The notes under the pieces: generated by a model | Told to the model about the DNA's origin: nothing | Databases searched by the model: none | What the model saw: only the letters and a program-made list of their open reading frames with translations | Translations under genes and position numbers: made by a program | NCBI GenBank assembly: GCA_037442925.1 | Contig: JBBIPG010000052.1 | Location: forward strand, 1 to 16,347 | From: Candidatus Fraserbacteria bacterium | Lineage (GTDB): Bacteria; Bipolaricaulota; Bipolaricaulia; RBG-16-55-9 | DNA: 16,347 nucleotides | Direction of reading: 5' to 3' | Shown here: in pieces, positions 8,621-16,347 of the stretch | Numbering within the stretch: position 1 is the first letter of the stretch | Layout: each line of letters starts with the position of its first letter

Positions 8621-9110
8621 CCCAGAAGAAGAGCGGCTAGAGGAGTTTCGGTTTCTCTTCCGCGATCTGCATCCTGCTTCCGCCATCCACCCTCCCCAGT
8701 CGATTCTGGCAGAATATGTCCGAGGAATCCGACAGAAGGGCATAGAGCCCCAAGGGTGGCAGAGCCATGCCATCTCAGCGCACATCGCGCTTTGTCCCTC
8801 TTGCCAGTTCCAGGTCCATAGGCTGCGAAGGAAAGAGCGCGTCGGACAGATCTGGACGCGTGCAACTCGCTGGCGTCCCGCCTATCTGTATCTAGGGGTC
8901 GTCCTGTTCATCAGCGTCATTGTGGCGATCTACTTGTTCCCGCCTGGCCCTGTTGGTCCCCCTGTAAAGGGCCCGGGAGATGTCACGGATTCGTCAGGTT
9001 TAGCACAGCTTCGCTGTGAGAACCTGCTAGGGCAAGATGCGAAGATATGTGATGCGCAGCTGATCTCGGACACGCAGGTCTCAAGATCTAGAACCGTGCA
9101 CCTGCGCTGA
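8598..9110 (+). CDS. zinc-finger anti-sigma-like (zf-HC2) single-pass membrane protein
   Basis: HP....L.EY..G, then HIALCPSC (HxxxCxxC), a basic stretch, a TM helix (LYLGVVLFISVIVAIYLF) and a Pro-rich tail with 2 Cys. Confidence 0.7.
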   Translation: MSPTQDNNPEEERLEEFRFLFRDLHPASAIHPPQSILAEYVRGIRQKGIEPQGWQSHAISAHIALCPSCQFQVHRLRRKERVGQIWTRATRWRPAYLYLGVVLFISVIVAIYLFPPGPVGPPVKGPGDVTDSSGLAQLRCENLLGQDAKICDAQLISDTQVSRSRTVHLR

Positions 9111-9977
9111 TCCCGATCGCGCGAGCACTTCTAGTGCTTGAGCCAACCGGTCAAATTCATCCAGAGTGAGCGCCTCACCTCGCCGAGTTCCGTCGATCTC
9201 TGCCTTGTTGAGCAGCTCTCGAACCTGATCCGGCGTGAGTTGAAGCGTAGGGGAGAGTGCCAACGCTCGCTGAATCGTCTTCCGTCGCATCCCAAACCCC
9301 GCATGGACTATAGCCAGAAAACTCGCCTCCGAGGCGTGAAATCTCGGCCTGTCGAGAAAGACAAGTCGAAGCAGCGCCGCATCGACTTGCGGGCGGGGGA
9401 AAAAGACATTTCGGGAAACACGCATGATGTATTGCACATCACAATACGCCTGCACGAAGACCCCCAGGGAGCTGCTGTCTCGCGTTCCCGCATTAGCTTT
9501 GAGTTTCTCCGCCACTTCAAGCTGTACCATCACAAGCGCATCTTGAAAGAGATCGCGATGATGAATCAGCTTTTCAAGAAGAGGCGATGTGATTCCATAG
9601 GGTAGATTCCCCAGTGCTTTGAGCCTCCCGCTACTACCGAAGAGAGCTCGCCAGTCGAGCTTGAGCACATCGCCGTGCACCACTTGCACATGAGGAAATG
9701 TGCGTAATTGCTCTTGCAAGATCGGGATGAGCAGTGGGTCAATTTCTATTGTGATCACCTCGCTCACGTGCGGCGCGAGGCGTTGGGTGAGCACACCGAG
9801 CCCTGCACCGATCTCGAACACCCGCTCCTCGGGTTGGAGATTCGCTGCCTTGACGATCTTCTCGAGGATGTTCTCATCGCAAAGGAAGTTCTGGCCCCAG
9901 CGTTTGCGAGGGCGAATCCCTCGCTCACGGAGCAGTTGCCGTACGACTCTGGGAGAGGTCAGTTTCCGCTCGATCAT
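9081..9977 (-). CDS. rsmA: 16S rRNA m6,2A1518/1519 dimethyltransferase
   Basis: KRWGQNFL, EIGAGLG.LT, NLPYGITSP, F.P.P.VD and RRKT motifs; start MIERK at 9977. Confidence 0.95.
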   Translation of the reverse strand: MIERKLTSPRVVRQLLRERGIRPRKRWGQNFLCDENILEKIVKAANLQPEERVFEIGAGLGVLTQRLAPHVSEVITIEIDPLLIPILQEQLRTFPHVQVVHGDVLKLDWRALFGSSGRLKALGNLPYGITSPLLEKLIHHRDLFQDALVMVQLEVAEKLKANAGTRDSSSLGVFVQAYCDVQYIMRVSRNVFFPRPQVDAALLRLVFLDRPRFHASEASFLAIVHAGFGMRRKTIQRALALSPTLQLTPDQVRELLNKAEIDGTRRGEALTLDEFDRLAQALEVLARSGSAQVHGSRS

Positions 9978-10006
9978 CGACAAACTGCATCCATCCTCTC
10001 TATAAT
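9977..10006 (+). promoter_or_regulatory. putative ahcY promoter
   Basis: TCGACA - 18 bp - TATAAT (10001-10006). Confidence 0.5.
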
Positions 10007-10038
10007 GGTCTGGGATTTCAAGTGAGGAGGAACCTCCC

Positions 10039-11286
10039 ATGCCCGCAGAAGTTCGTGATATGAAGCTCGCTCCCCAAGGCGAGCAGAAGATCCGCTGGGC
10101 CGAGTGCCACATGAAACTCTTACAGCGAATCCGCGAGCGTTTTTCGGCTGAAAAACCCTTTGAGGGCGTGCGACTTGGGCTGAGCATTCATCTCGAAGCG
10201 AAAACAGCGCAGTTGGCCAGGACTCTTCACAGCGGTGGGGCACAAGTCGCGGTGACCGGCTGCAATCCGCTCTCGACGCAAGACGACGTGGCCGCCGCCC
10301 TCGCCCAAGATGGCCAGATCGCCGTCTACGCATGGAGGGGCGCTACAGCGGAAGAATATGAGCATCATCTAAGTCAAGTGCTCCGAACTCGCCCGCATGC
10401 GATCTTGGATGACGGCGGAGACCTCGTGAGTCTCTTGCACGGCAAACTGTCGGAGTTGGCTGCGGGAGTGTGGGGAGGGACTGAAGAGACGACCACAGGC
10501 GTACGGCGTCTTCGCGCGTTGGCCCAACAGAACAGATTGCGCTTCCCCATGTTCGCCGTGAACGATGCCCACATGAAATACTTATTTGATAATCGTTATG
10601 GCACGGGTCAGTCCGTCTGGGATGGCATCATGCGCACGACGAATCTTTCCATTGCAGGCAAGACGGTCGTCGTGGCCGGCTATGGCTGGTGCGGGCGGGG
10701 GATCGCGATGCGCGCTCACGGGCTGGGGGCCAATGTCATCATCACCGAAATCGATCCCGTGCGAGCCATTGAGGCTCTGATGGATGGCTTTCGCGTGATG
10801 AGCATGGAAGAGGCTGCGCCACTGGGAGACATCTTCATCACCGCCACCGGTGTCCGCGACGTCATCACCGAAAAACACTGCCAACGTATGAAAGATGGAG
10901 CCATTCTGGCCAATGCAGGCCACTTCGACGTCGAGATCAGCAAACCAGATCTTGTGAAACTCTCTACTTCACACGGCGAGATCCGCCCCAACGTGGAGGA
11001 ATTCACACTCCAGGACGGCCGCCGCCTCTATCTACTGGCCGAAGGGAGGCTGGTGAATCTGGCTTCCGGTGATGGCCACCCCGTTGAGATCATGGATCTT
11101 TCGTTCGCGGTTCAGGCACTCACGCTGGAATATCTTGTGCAGCATCACGATGAGTTGAAACCGGGTGTCTACCCTGTCCCCAAAGAGATCGATCAACAGG
11201 TCGCGCGGACGAAGCTTGTGACACTGGGCATTCGTCTAGATGAACTCAGTGGTGCACAGCGAGCGTATCTTGAAAAGGCAGGTTAG
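10039..11286 (+). CDS. ahcY: adenosylhomocysteinase (short type without the ~40-aa insert)
   Basis: HLEAKTA, CNPLSTQD, DDGGD, EETTTG, K..FDNRYG, GYGWCG.G, GRLVNL and GHP motifs. Confidence 0.97.
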   Translation: MPAEVRDMKLAPQGEQKIRWAECHMKLLQRIRERFSAEKPFEGVRLGLSIHLEAKTAQLARTLHSGGAQVAVTGCNPLSTQDDVAAALAQDGQIAVYAWRGATAEEYEHHLSQVLRTRPHAILDDGGDLVSLLHGKLSELAAGVWGGTEETTTGVRRLRALAQQNRLRFPMFAVNDAHMKYLFDNRYGTGQSVWDGIMRTTNLSIAGKTVVVAGYGWCGRGIAMRAHGLGANVIITEIDPVRAIEALMDGFRVMSMEEAAPLGDIFITATGVRDVITEKHCQRMKDGAILANAGHFDVEISKPDLVKLSTSHGEIRPNVEEFTLQDGRRLYLLAEGRLVNLASGDGHPVEIMDLSFAVQALTLEYLVQHHDELKPGVYPVPKEIDQQVARTKLVTLGIRLDELSGAQRAYLEKAG

Positions 11287-11298
11287 ATCGGGTATAGT
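11270..11298 (+). promoter_or_regulatory. putative rpsI promoter
   Basis: TTGAAA - 17 bp - TATAGT. Confidence 0.65.
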
Positions 11299-11340
11299 GA
11301 GCCCACGATTTTCTGTGGGATTGCACCTTTGGAGGTTTGC

Positions 11341-11793
11341 ATGGCAGAGCTGAAGGAATCGCTGGTCAAGCCGAGGTTGCCCAAGAGAGTTCATAGCTAC
11401 TTTCATGCCATCGGGCGGCGCAAGGAGTCTGTGGCCCGTGTCTACCTCAGCCGGGGCGAAGGACAGGTTGTGGTGAACGGCCGGCCAGCAGAAGAATACT
11501 TCCGTACGGATGCGTTCAGCAAAGAACGCATTAAGAAGATCGCGCTGCGACCCTTTGAGGTGACGGACACCTTGGGCAAATACAATGTCAAGGCCCGAGT
11601 CCGAGGAGGGGGCCCCACCGGCCAGTTGGAGGCTCTGCGCCTGGGGATCGCCCGCGCACTCTTGGGAGTCAACTCCGATTTTCGCAAAGTGCTGAAAACA
11701 GAGGGCTTCCTGACCCGCGACCCCCGTATGGTGGAGCGCAAGAAGTACGGGCTTCACAAGGCTCGGCGCGGCCAGCAGTTCAGCAAGAGGTAA
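11341..11793 (+). CDS. rpsI: 30S ribosomal protein S9
   Basis: GRRKES.ARV, GGG..GQ and LTRDPR.VERKKYGL.KARR..QFSKR motifs; GGAGG RBS before the ATG at 11341. Confidence 0.97.
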   Translation: MAELKESLVKPRLPKRVHSYFHAIGRRKESVARVYLSRGEGQVVVNGRPAEEYFRTDAFSKERIKKIALRPFEVTDTLGKYNVKARVRGGGPTGQLEALRLGIARALLGVNSDFRKVLKTEGFLTRDPRMVERKKYGLHKARRGQQFSKR

Positions 11794-11797
11794 AGTG

Positions 11798-11879
11798 AGT
11801 CAGCTCTCAGGGATCAGCAGTCAGCCATCAGCTGTTAGCTAAGGCTTAGCTGATCGCTGAAAGCTGACGGCTGAATGCT
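11798..11879. repeat. heptamer tandem array with mirrored inverted array (long periodic hairpin)
   Basis: agTCAGC tcTCAGG gaTCAGC agTCAGC caTCAGC tgTTAGC taaggctta GCTGAtc GCTGAaa GCTGAcg GCTGAat gct. Confidence 0.85.
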
Positions 11880-11903
11880 CTAGTGATTGTGAGGTGACCG
11901 TTC

Positions 11904-12122
11904 ATGAAAGCTGGCATTCATCCCGAAATGAAACGGGTGATCATCCGATGCAACTGCGGAGCAGAGTTCGAGACCTACTCCACGGCCGATGATCTGCACG
12001 TGGACATCTGCTCTCGCTGCCATCCCTTCTTCACGGGGGAAGAGAGATTCGTCGACACAGCCGGTCGCGTGGAGCTCTTCCAGCGCAAGTACGCCAAATT
12101 CAGCGAAAAATCGGCCAAATGA
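11904..12122 (+). CDS. rpmE: 50S ribosomal protein L31, zinc-binding type
   Basis: MK.GIHP, CNCG, DICS.CHPFFTG and DTAGRVE.F motifs. Confidence 0.97.
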   Translation: MKAGIHPEMKRVIIRCNCGAEFETYSTADDLHVDICSRCHPFFTGEERFVDTAGRVELFQRKYAKFSEKSAK

Positions 12123-13246
12123 AGCTCCATTTCGAAACTCAGGCCATCCACATCGGAAGTCACCCCGACCCGGCAACTGGAGCCGTCATCCCTCCCATCT
12201 ACGCCACGTCCACCTATGAACAAGAGGCTCCCGGTGTGCACAAGGGGTTCGACTACAGCCGCGCGGATAATCCGACACGCCAGCGACTCGAGCAGGCTCT
12301 GGCCACACTGGAAAGCGCAGAGTACGCCGTCACGTTCTCATCGGGCGTCGCGGCCACTGCTGCCATCGTCACACTACTCCAGCCCGGCGATCATGTGCTC
12401 GCGGGTGACGACACCTACGGTGGAACCTATCGACTCTTCGAAACGATCTATAGAAAATACGGACTTGATTTCAGCTATGTCGATACAAGCCAGCGCGAAA
12501 ACATCGTCCTTCGCAAGAACACAAAGCTCCTCTGGATCGAGTCACCCACGAATCCCCTCATGAAAATCACAGATATCGCCGGGGTGGCCCAGCGCAAGAA
12601 GGGGGCGCTGCTGGTCGTGGACAACACGTTCGCTTCACCCTATCTGCAACAACCGTTAGCACTGGGTGCAGATATCGTCATGCACAGCACAACAAAGTAT
12701 CTGGGGGGCCATAGTGACCTCATCGGCGGAGTATTGATGACCAATGACAAAGCCCTCTATGAAGAGTTAAAGTACGTCCAGAAAGCAGTAGGAGCGATTC
12801 CCTCGCCTTTCGACTGCTTCTTAGTGCATCGAGGTATTAAAACATTGGCTGTGCGTATGAAGGCCCATTCTGAGAACGCCCAGAGGATCGCGGAGTTCTT
12901 GAGCGAGCACCCCAAAGTGAAAAAAGTCTATTATCCTGGGCTTCCCTCGCATCCTGGGCATGAGGTCGCCCGCCGCCAGATGAAGGCTTTTTCGGGTATG
13001 CTCTCGTTTGAGCTTGCAGGCAATGTGGGGCGTTTCCTTAAGGAGCTTAAGATCATCACCTTGGCAGAGAGTCTGGGGGGCATTGAATCTTTGATCAATC
13101 ACCCGGCGATCATGACCCATGCGTCGCTCCCTCCCGAAGAGCGCGCCCGCCGAGGGATCGGAGACGATCTGCTGCGCTTCTCCGTGGGCCTTGAACACCC
13201 GGACGATTTGATTCAAGACTTGCAAGACGCGCTCTCTGTCATTTGA
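12119..13246 (+). CDS. cystathionine gamma-lyase/synthase (Cys/Met metabolism PLP enzyme, MccB/MetB-like)
   Basis: [33 protein letters not shown] and LAESLGG motifs. Confidence 0.93.
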   Translation: MKLHFETQAIHIGSHPDPATGAVIPPIYATSTYEQEAPGVHKGFDYSRADNPTRQRLEQALATLESAEYAVTFSSGVAATAAIVTLLQPGDHVLAGDDTYGGTYRLFETIYRKYGLDFSYVDTSQRENIVLRKNTKLLWIESPTNPLMKITDIAGVAQRKKGALLVVDNTFASPYLQQPLALGADIVMHSTTKYLGGHSDLIGGVLMTNDKALYEELKYVQKAVGAIPSPFDCFLVHRGIKTLAVRMKAHSENAQRIAEFLSEHPKVKKVYYPGLPSHPGHEVARRQMKAFSGMLSFELAGNVGRFLKELKIITLAESLGGIESLINHPAIMTHASLPPEERARRGIGDDLLRFSVGLEHPDDLIQDLQDALSVI

Positions 13247-13256
13247 TGCCATCACT

Positions 13257-14216
13257 ATGAGAATAGCGAAGAACATACTAGAACTCATCGGGCAGACGCC
13301 GATGGTGGAGCTCTCGAAGATCAATTCCACTAACGTGCGGATTCTGGCGAAACTAGAATATTTCAACCCCGGTGGATCGGTGAAGGATCGCATCGGGATC
13401 TCGATGATCGAGCGGGCGGAGCGCGAGGGGAAATTAAAACCGGGCATGACGATTGTCGAGCCCACTTCTGGAAATACAGGCGTGGGGTTGGCTCTGGCAT
13501 GTCTTCTGAAGGGTTATAAGCTCGTCTGCACCATACCCGACAAACAGAGCCGCGAGAAGATCGACCTCTTAAAGGCATATGGAGCCGAAGTGGTCGTCTG
13601 CCCTACCGCCGTCGAGCCCGATGACCCGCGAAGCTATTATTCCGTGGCCCGCCGGATCGCCGAAGAGCGCCAGGGTTTTCTGCCCAATCAATATGAAAAC
13701 CAGGCCAATCCGCAAGCCCATTATAAAACCACGGGTCCGGAGATCTGGGAACAGACCAAGGGGCAGCTGGATGCCTTCGTCTGCGGCGTCGGCACCGGCG
13801 GCACGATCAGTGGCACAGGTCGCTACCTCAAAGAGAAGAACCCCAACGTGAAGATCATTGGCGTGGACCCTGAGGGATCGATGATCTACACGGAATTTTA
13901 CGGCCAGCCTCACGATGTCCATCCGTATTTGATCGAGGGCATCGGCGAAGACCTCATTCCCAAGACTCTGGATCTTGAGATCATTGACGAGATCATCCGT
14001 GTGAAAGATAAAGAGTCATATCTCATGGCTCGTGAACTTGTCCGGCGTGAGGGACTTTTCGTTGGGTCTTCCGGAGGATCGGCAGTGCTGGGGGCACTGA
14101 GATATGCAGAGAAGTTGAAGAAGGGGACGCTTGTGGTGCTTCTGCCCGATTCCGGTCGCAACTACGTTGGCAAGGTCTTCTCAGATAGCTGGATGAAGGA
14201 GAAGGGCTTCATCTAA
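13257..14216 (+). CDS. cystathionine beta-synthase / cysteine synthase family (catalytic domain only, MccA/CBS-like)
   Basis: NPGGSVKDRI, EPTSGNTG, NQY.N, GVGTGGT and EGIG; the Glu in EGIG is CBS-like, whereas CysK usually has QGIG. Confidence 0.88.
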   Translation: MRIAKNILELIGQTPMVELSKINSTNVRILAKLEYFNPGGSVKDRIGISMIERAEREGKLKPGMTIVEPTSGNTGVGLALACLLKGYKLVCTIPDKQSREKIDLLKAYGAEVVVCPTAVEPDDPRSYYSVARRIAEERQGFLPNQYENQANPQAHYKTTGPEIWEQTKGQLDAFVCGVGTGGTISGTGRYLKEKNPNVKIIGVDPEGSMIYTEFYGQPHDVHPYLIEGIGEDLIPKTLDLEIIDEIIRVKDKESYLMARELVRREGLFVGSSGGSAVLGALRYAEKLKKGTLVVLLPDSGRNYVGKVFSDSWMKEKGFI

Positions 14217-14304
14217 GCGAGCGGGGGGGAGATCCGTTGGATTTCTGGGCAACGGCGGTCTTCGTCTGGGTGATCGTGCTCCAAGAGGAATCTCTTCAGA
14301 GTCT

Positions 14305-15177
14305 ATGAGTATCCCCAAGCCGTTGCTTCGTCGAAGGACGTTCGTGAGGTATCTAGGGGTAGCGGGTCTGGCAAGTCTACTCGACGTGGGCACAGCGGGA
14401 TGCAGTTTCCTGTTTGACCGGGACAATTGCCCGATCTCACCCACAGGACGAGCTTTGCTCGAAGAAGCGGTGTTCAAAACCGTGAGCGATGCTCTCTTTA
14501 CAGCAGGGCTCTCCCATGACAGCGAGAGGGCCTTTGCGCTCACGCTGCTGGGCGTCGAACGCGGGTACTCGAGCATTATGTTCTTAGCGGGAGAGTGCAA
14601 GCTGCCCAGAGTATACGATTCCTTCTGCAATTATGCGTCGACGCCTGAACCTATAGAAGATCCTTTCTGGCAGACACGGGATGCGTGTGGGCGCTACATC
14701 TGCGAGAGCAGAGGCAAGGAACGCATTGAAGTCTACTTCACTATGCGTCCCAGGACGTCCCCCGATGATCGACACGAGTTCAGCTATCCCACGGTCAAAC
14801 CCGTCGGTGACGCCGTCTATGACCCGAACCCCTATATTGAGTGGCGGTTCGATATGACGAAGTCCGAGGGGTGGGTGATCACGGCAGATATCTCACATGC
14901 CGTAAGAATCACCACGTCTGCTGGTGAATCACTTGATCTTTCGCACAAAGGCAAGATCTCGGTGCTCAAAACCGGTGATGAGCCCTCCTCACTGGATCTG
15001 GAATTGAAGTTCTTGGCTCTGGCCGCAGAGTTGGTCACGGCCATACTCAAGATCGATTATGAGGCGGGCGGCACTGTGTTGGGCAGCGTCATGTTGGGTA
15101 ACGAAGTCATAGCGAGCATCTCCGGCAAGCTGACAGGCGGCCCGCCGAGGTTCCACTGGACGGGCCTTTGCGGCTGA
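14305..15177 (+). CDS. hypothetical protein, probable Tat-exported lipoprotein
   Basis: RRRTFV twin-arginine motif, h-region and lipobox-like TAGC; several Cys; beta-rich C-terminal half. Confidence 0.65.
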   Translation: MSIPKPLLRRRTFVRYLGVAGLASLLDVGTAGCSFLFDRDNCPISPTGRALLEEAVFKTVSDALFTAGLSHDSERAFALTLLGVERGYSSIMFLAGECKLPRVYDSFCNYASTPEPIEDPFWQTRDACGRYICESRGKERIEVYFTMRPRTSPDDRHEFSYPTVKPVGDAVYDPNPYIEWRFDMTKSEGWVITADISHAVRITTSAGESLDLSHKGKISVLKTGDEPSSLDLELKFLALAAELVTAILKIDYEAGGTVLGSVMLGNEVIASISGKLTGGPPRFHWTGLCG

Positions 15178-15214
15178 TCTGCCGCTTGATCGAGTTTGAT
15201 GAAAGGAGCGTACG

Positions 15215-15759
15215 ATGTGTGGAAGATTCTCGCTTACGCGTGGTGATCGAGAGGATCTCGAAGAGGAGTTTGGGGTGTCTCTACCCAAGCAATATCGGCC
15301 TCGCTACAACATCGCACCCACTCAGGAAGTGTTCGTGCTGCTCGATGACAGGGGGCGACACATAGAGGTATTGCGGTGGGGGTTGATCCCCTTGTGGGCC
15401 AAGGACCCCAAGATTGGCCAGAAGCTCATCAACGCTCGTGCGGAGACCTTGTTTGAAAAACCGAGCTTTCGGTCTGCTGTCAGAGCGCGGCGCTGTCTCG
15501 TGCTCGCCGATGGGTTTTACGAGTGGCGGAAGATGGAGAAGGGCAAAACGCCTATGTACATTTCATCGTGCCCAAAGGGCTATACAGTCTCTGGTTGAAT
15601 ACCCAAATCCAGAGTGAGAAGGAGCTTGCACCCGTCTTGCAGCCATACCCCCCTGAAGAGATGGAAGCGTATGAAGTCTCACGGCTGGTCAACTTGCCTG
15701 AGAACGATCTGCCGGAGTGCGTCCTACCTCTGAAGCGACGAGAGAGCGCTTCAGCCTAA
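15215..15759 (+). pseudogene. SRAP (YedK/HMCES) family pseudogene with internal deletion and frameshift
   Basis: MCGRF, RYNIAPTQ, WGLIP.W, INARAET and RRCL..ADGFYEW in one frame. The C-terminal W-L..., M..Y.VS..VN...ND..EC continues in another frame after ~15563. The AGLW...HDRMP segment is missing. Confidence 0.88.
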
Positions 15760-15806
15760 GGAAGAGATCTCCCTGGACTTGGAATCTGAGACAATACCTG
15801 GCATAC

Positions 15807-15851
15807 GTGACTGTCGGTCGGTAGACAAGCCGTCACTCTCTCCCCTATAAA
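15807..15851 (+). promoter_or_regulatory. operator/promoter of the XRE gene
   Basis: Nested inverted repeats GTGAC(15807)-N20-GTCAC and TGTC-N8-GACA overlap TAGACA - 18 bp - TATAAA. ATG lies 9 nt after the -10 with no SD sequence. Confidence 0.5.
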
Positions 15852-15860
15852 CCTGCTAGC

Positions 15861-16085
15861 ATGGCAGACATCAGAATTTTGTTCGGCCAGCGGCTAAGAG
15901 AGATTCGAGAGCGAAAGCAGCTTTCGCAGGAAAAGCTTGCTGCTCTAGCTGGATTGAACAGGACGTACATCAGCAAGATCGAGCGTGGAGAGCGCAATAT
16001 CTCCGTCGAGACAGTTGCGAAACTGGCTCAGGCATTGGATATTCCAATCGATCAATTGTTTCATATTTGCGGCAAGCTAGGATGA
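15861..16085 (+). CDS. XRE-family HTH regulator, R-M controller (C) protein-like
   Basis: FG.RLREIR....LSQE.LA...GL.RTYIS.IERGERN.S motif; 74 aa. Confidence 0.9.
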   Translation: MADIRILFGQRLREIRERKQLSQEKLAALAGLNRTYISKIERGERNISVETVAKLAQALDIPIDQLFHICGKLG

Positions 16086-16237
16086 GGTACGCGATAGCCA
16101 GCGTAAATAATGGGCACCATCTCTTACAAACCCAATTCCTCACTGAATTTAGCGATATTGATTCTGTTTTGAACGATCTTCTCTGTCCCATGAAAAAGTC
16201 ACAAGAGAAAAAGAGACAGGCCGGCGTTGAACAGTAG
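16082..16237 (+). pseudogene. 51-codon truncated ORF, possible N-terminus of a BglII/BstYI-like restriction endonuclease
   Basis: ATGA overlap with the XRE gene; MRYAIASVNNGHHLLQTQFLTEFSDIDSVLNDLLCPMKKSQEKKRQAGVEQ*; AT-rich. Confidence 0.4.
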
Positions 16238-16347
16238 GTAGGCACGAGAAAGCAGGTAAAAGGCCCTGCAGAATAGCATTCTCCCGCACTTGACCGGCTG
16301 TGGGCGTAGTGTCTACGCCCGGGCGGGCTCGATCCGGGGATAGCGCG

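Noticed and set aside
9978..10187. Long N-terminal extension of rsmA in the ORF track
   Set aside because: It overlaps ahcY on the opposite strand; RsmA similarity starts near MIERK at 9977.
11798..11879. CRISPR array or intrinsic terminator
   Set aside because: Units are 7 bp with no spacers, no cas genes are present, and there is no poly-U tail.
14217..14304. SAH-riboswitch-like words (CCGTTG...CAACGGCG) after the CBS gene
   Set aside because: Only a 6-bp stem matches, other consensus elements are missing, and the position downstream of the sulfur genes does not fit.
4019..14630. Numerous long antisense or alternate-frame ORFs in the track (e.g. 4019-4690, 5510-6007, 11236-11757, 12821-13465)
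   Set aside because: They overlap well-supported conserved genes and show no motifs; such shadow ORFs are expected at this GC content.
15540..15600. Programmed frameshift producing full-length SRAP
   Set aside because: Joining the two frames still lacks the AGLW...HxRMP segment, so a deletion explains it better.
16321..16347. tRNA fragment (GCGGGCTCGATCC or CGGGGATAGCGC)
   Set aside because: No TTC T-loop and no consistent cloverleaf within the available sequence.

Overview
A ~55% GC bacterial chromosomal window; the taxon cannot be fixed from sequence alone. The left end (1-1883) is an integron with atypical architecture. The intI gene is on the minus strand and is reduced to ~130-150 aa by three apparently in-frame internal deletions. 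The attI site, a Pc-like promoter and the cassette array lie downstream of intI and in the same orientation. One complete cassette (DUF2268-like HExxH protease plus a 70-bp attC) and the start of a second (Trm112-like CPxC N-terminus) are visible. A vapBC-type toxin-antitoxin pair follows, then a mostly housekeeping block: BtuF-like protein, pduO, coaD, rhodanese, SufU-like protein, membrane protein, DsbA-like protein, msrB, tRNA-Leu(CAA), an unannotated sigma-like/zinc anti-sigma-like pair, rsmA, ahcY, rpsI (without rplM), a heptamer-repeat hairpin, rpmE, cystathionine gamma-lyase and cystathionine beta-synthase-like genes. The right end is a decaying accessory region: a Tat lipoprotein-like gene, an internally deleted SRAP pseudogene, and an XRE/C-protein gene coupled to a truncated ORF resembling a restriction endonuclease N-terminus. 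All family assignments are by visual motif recognition, not database search.
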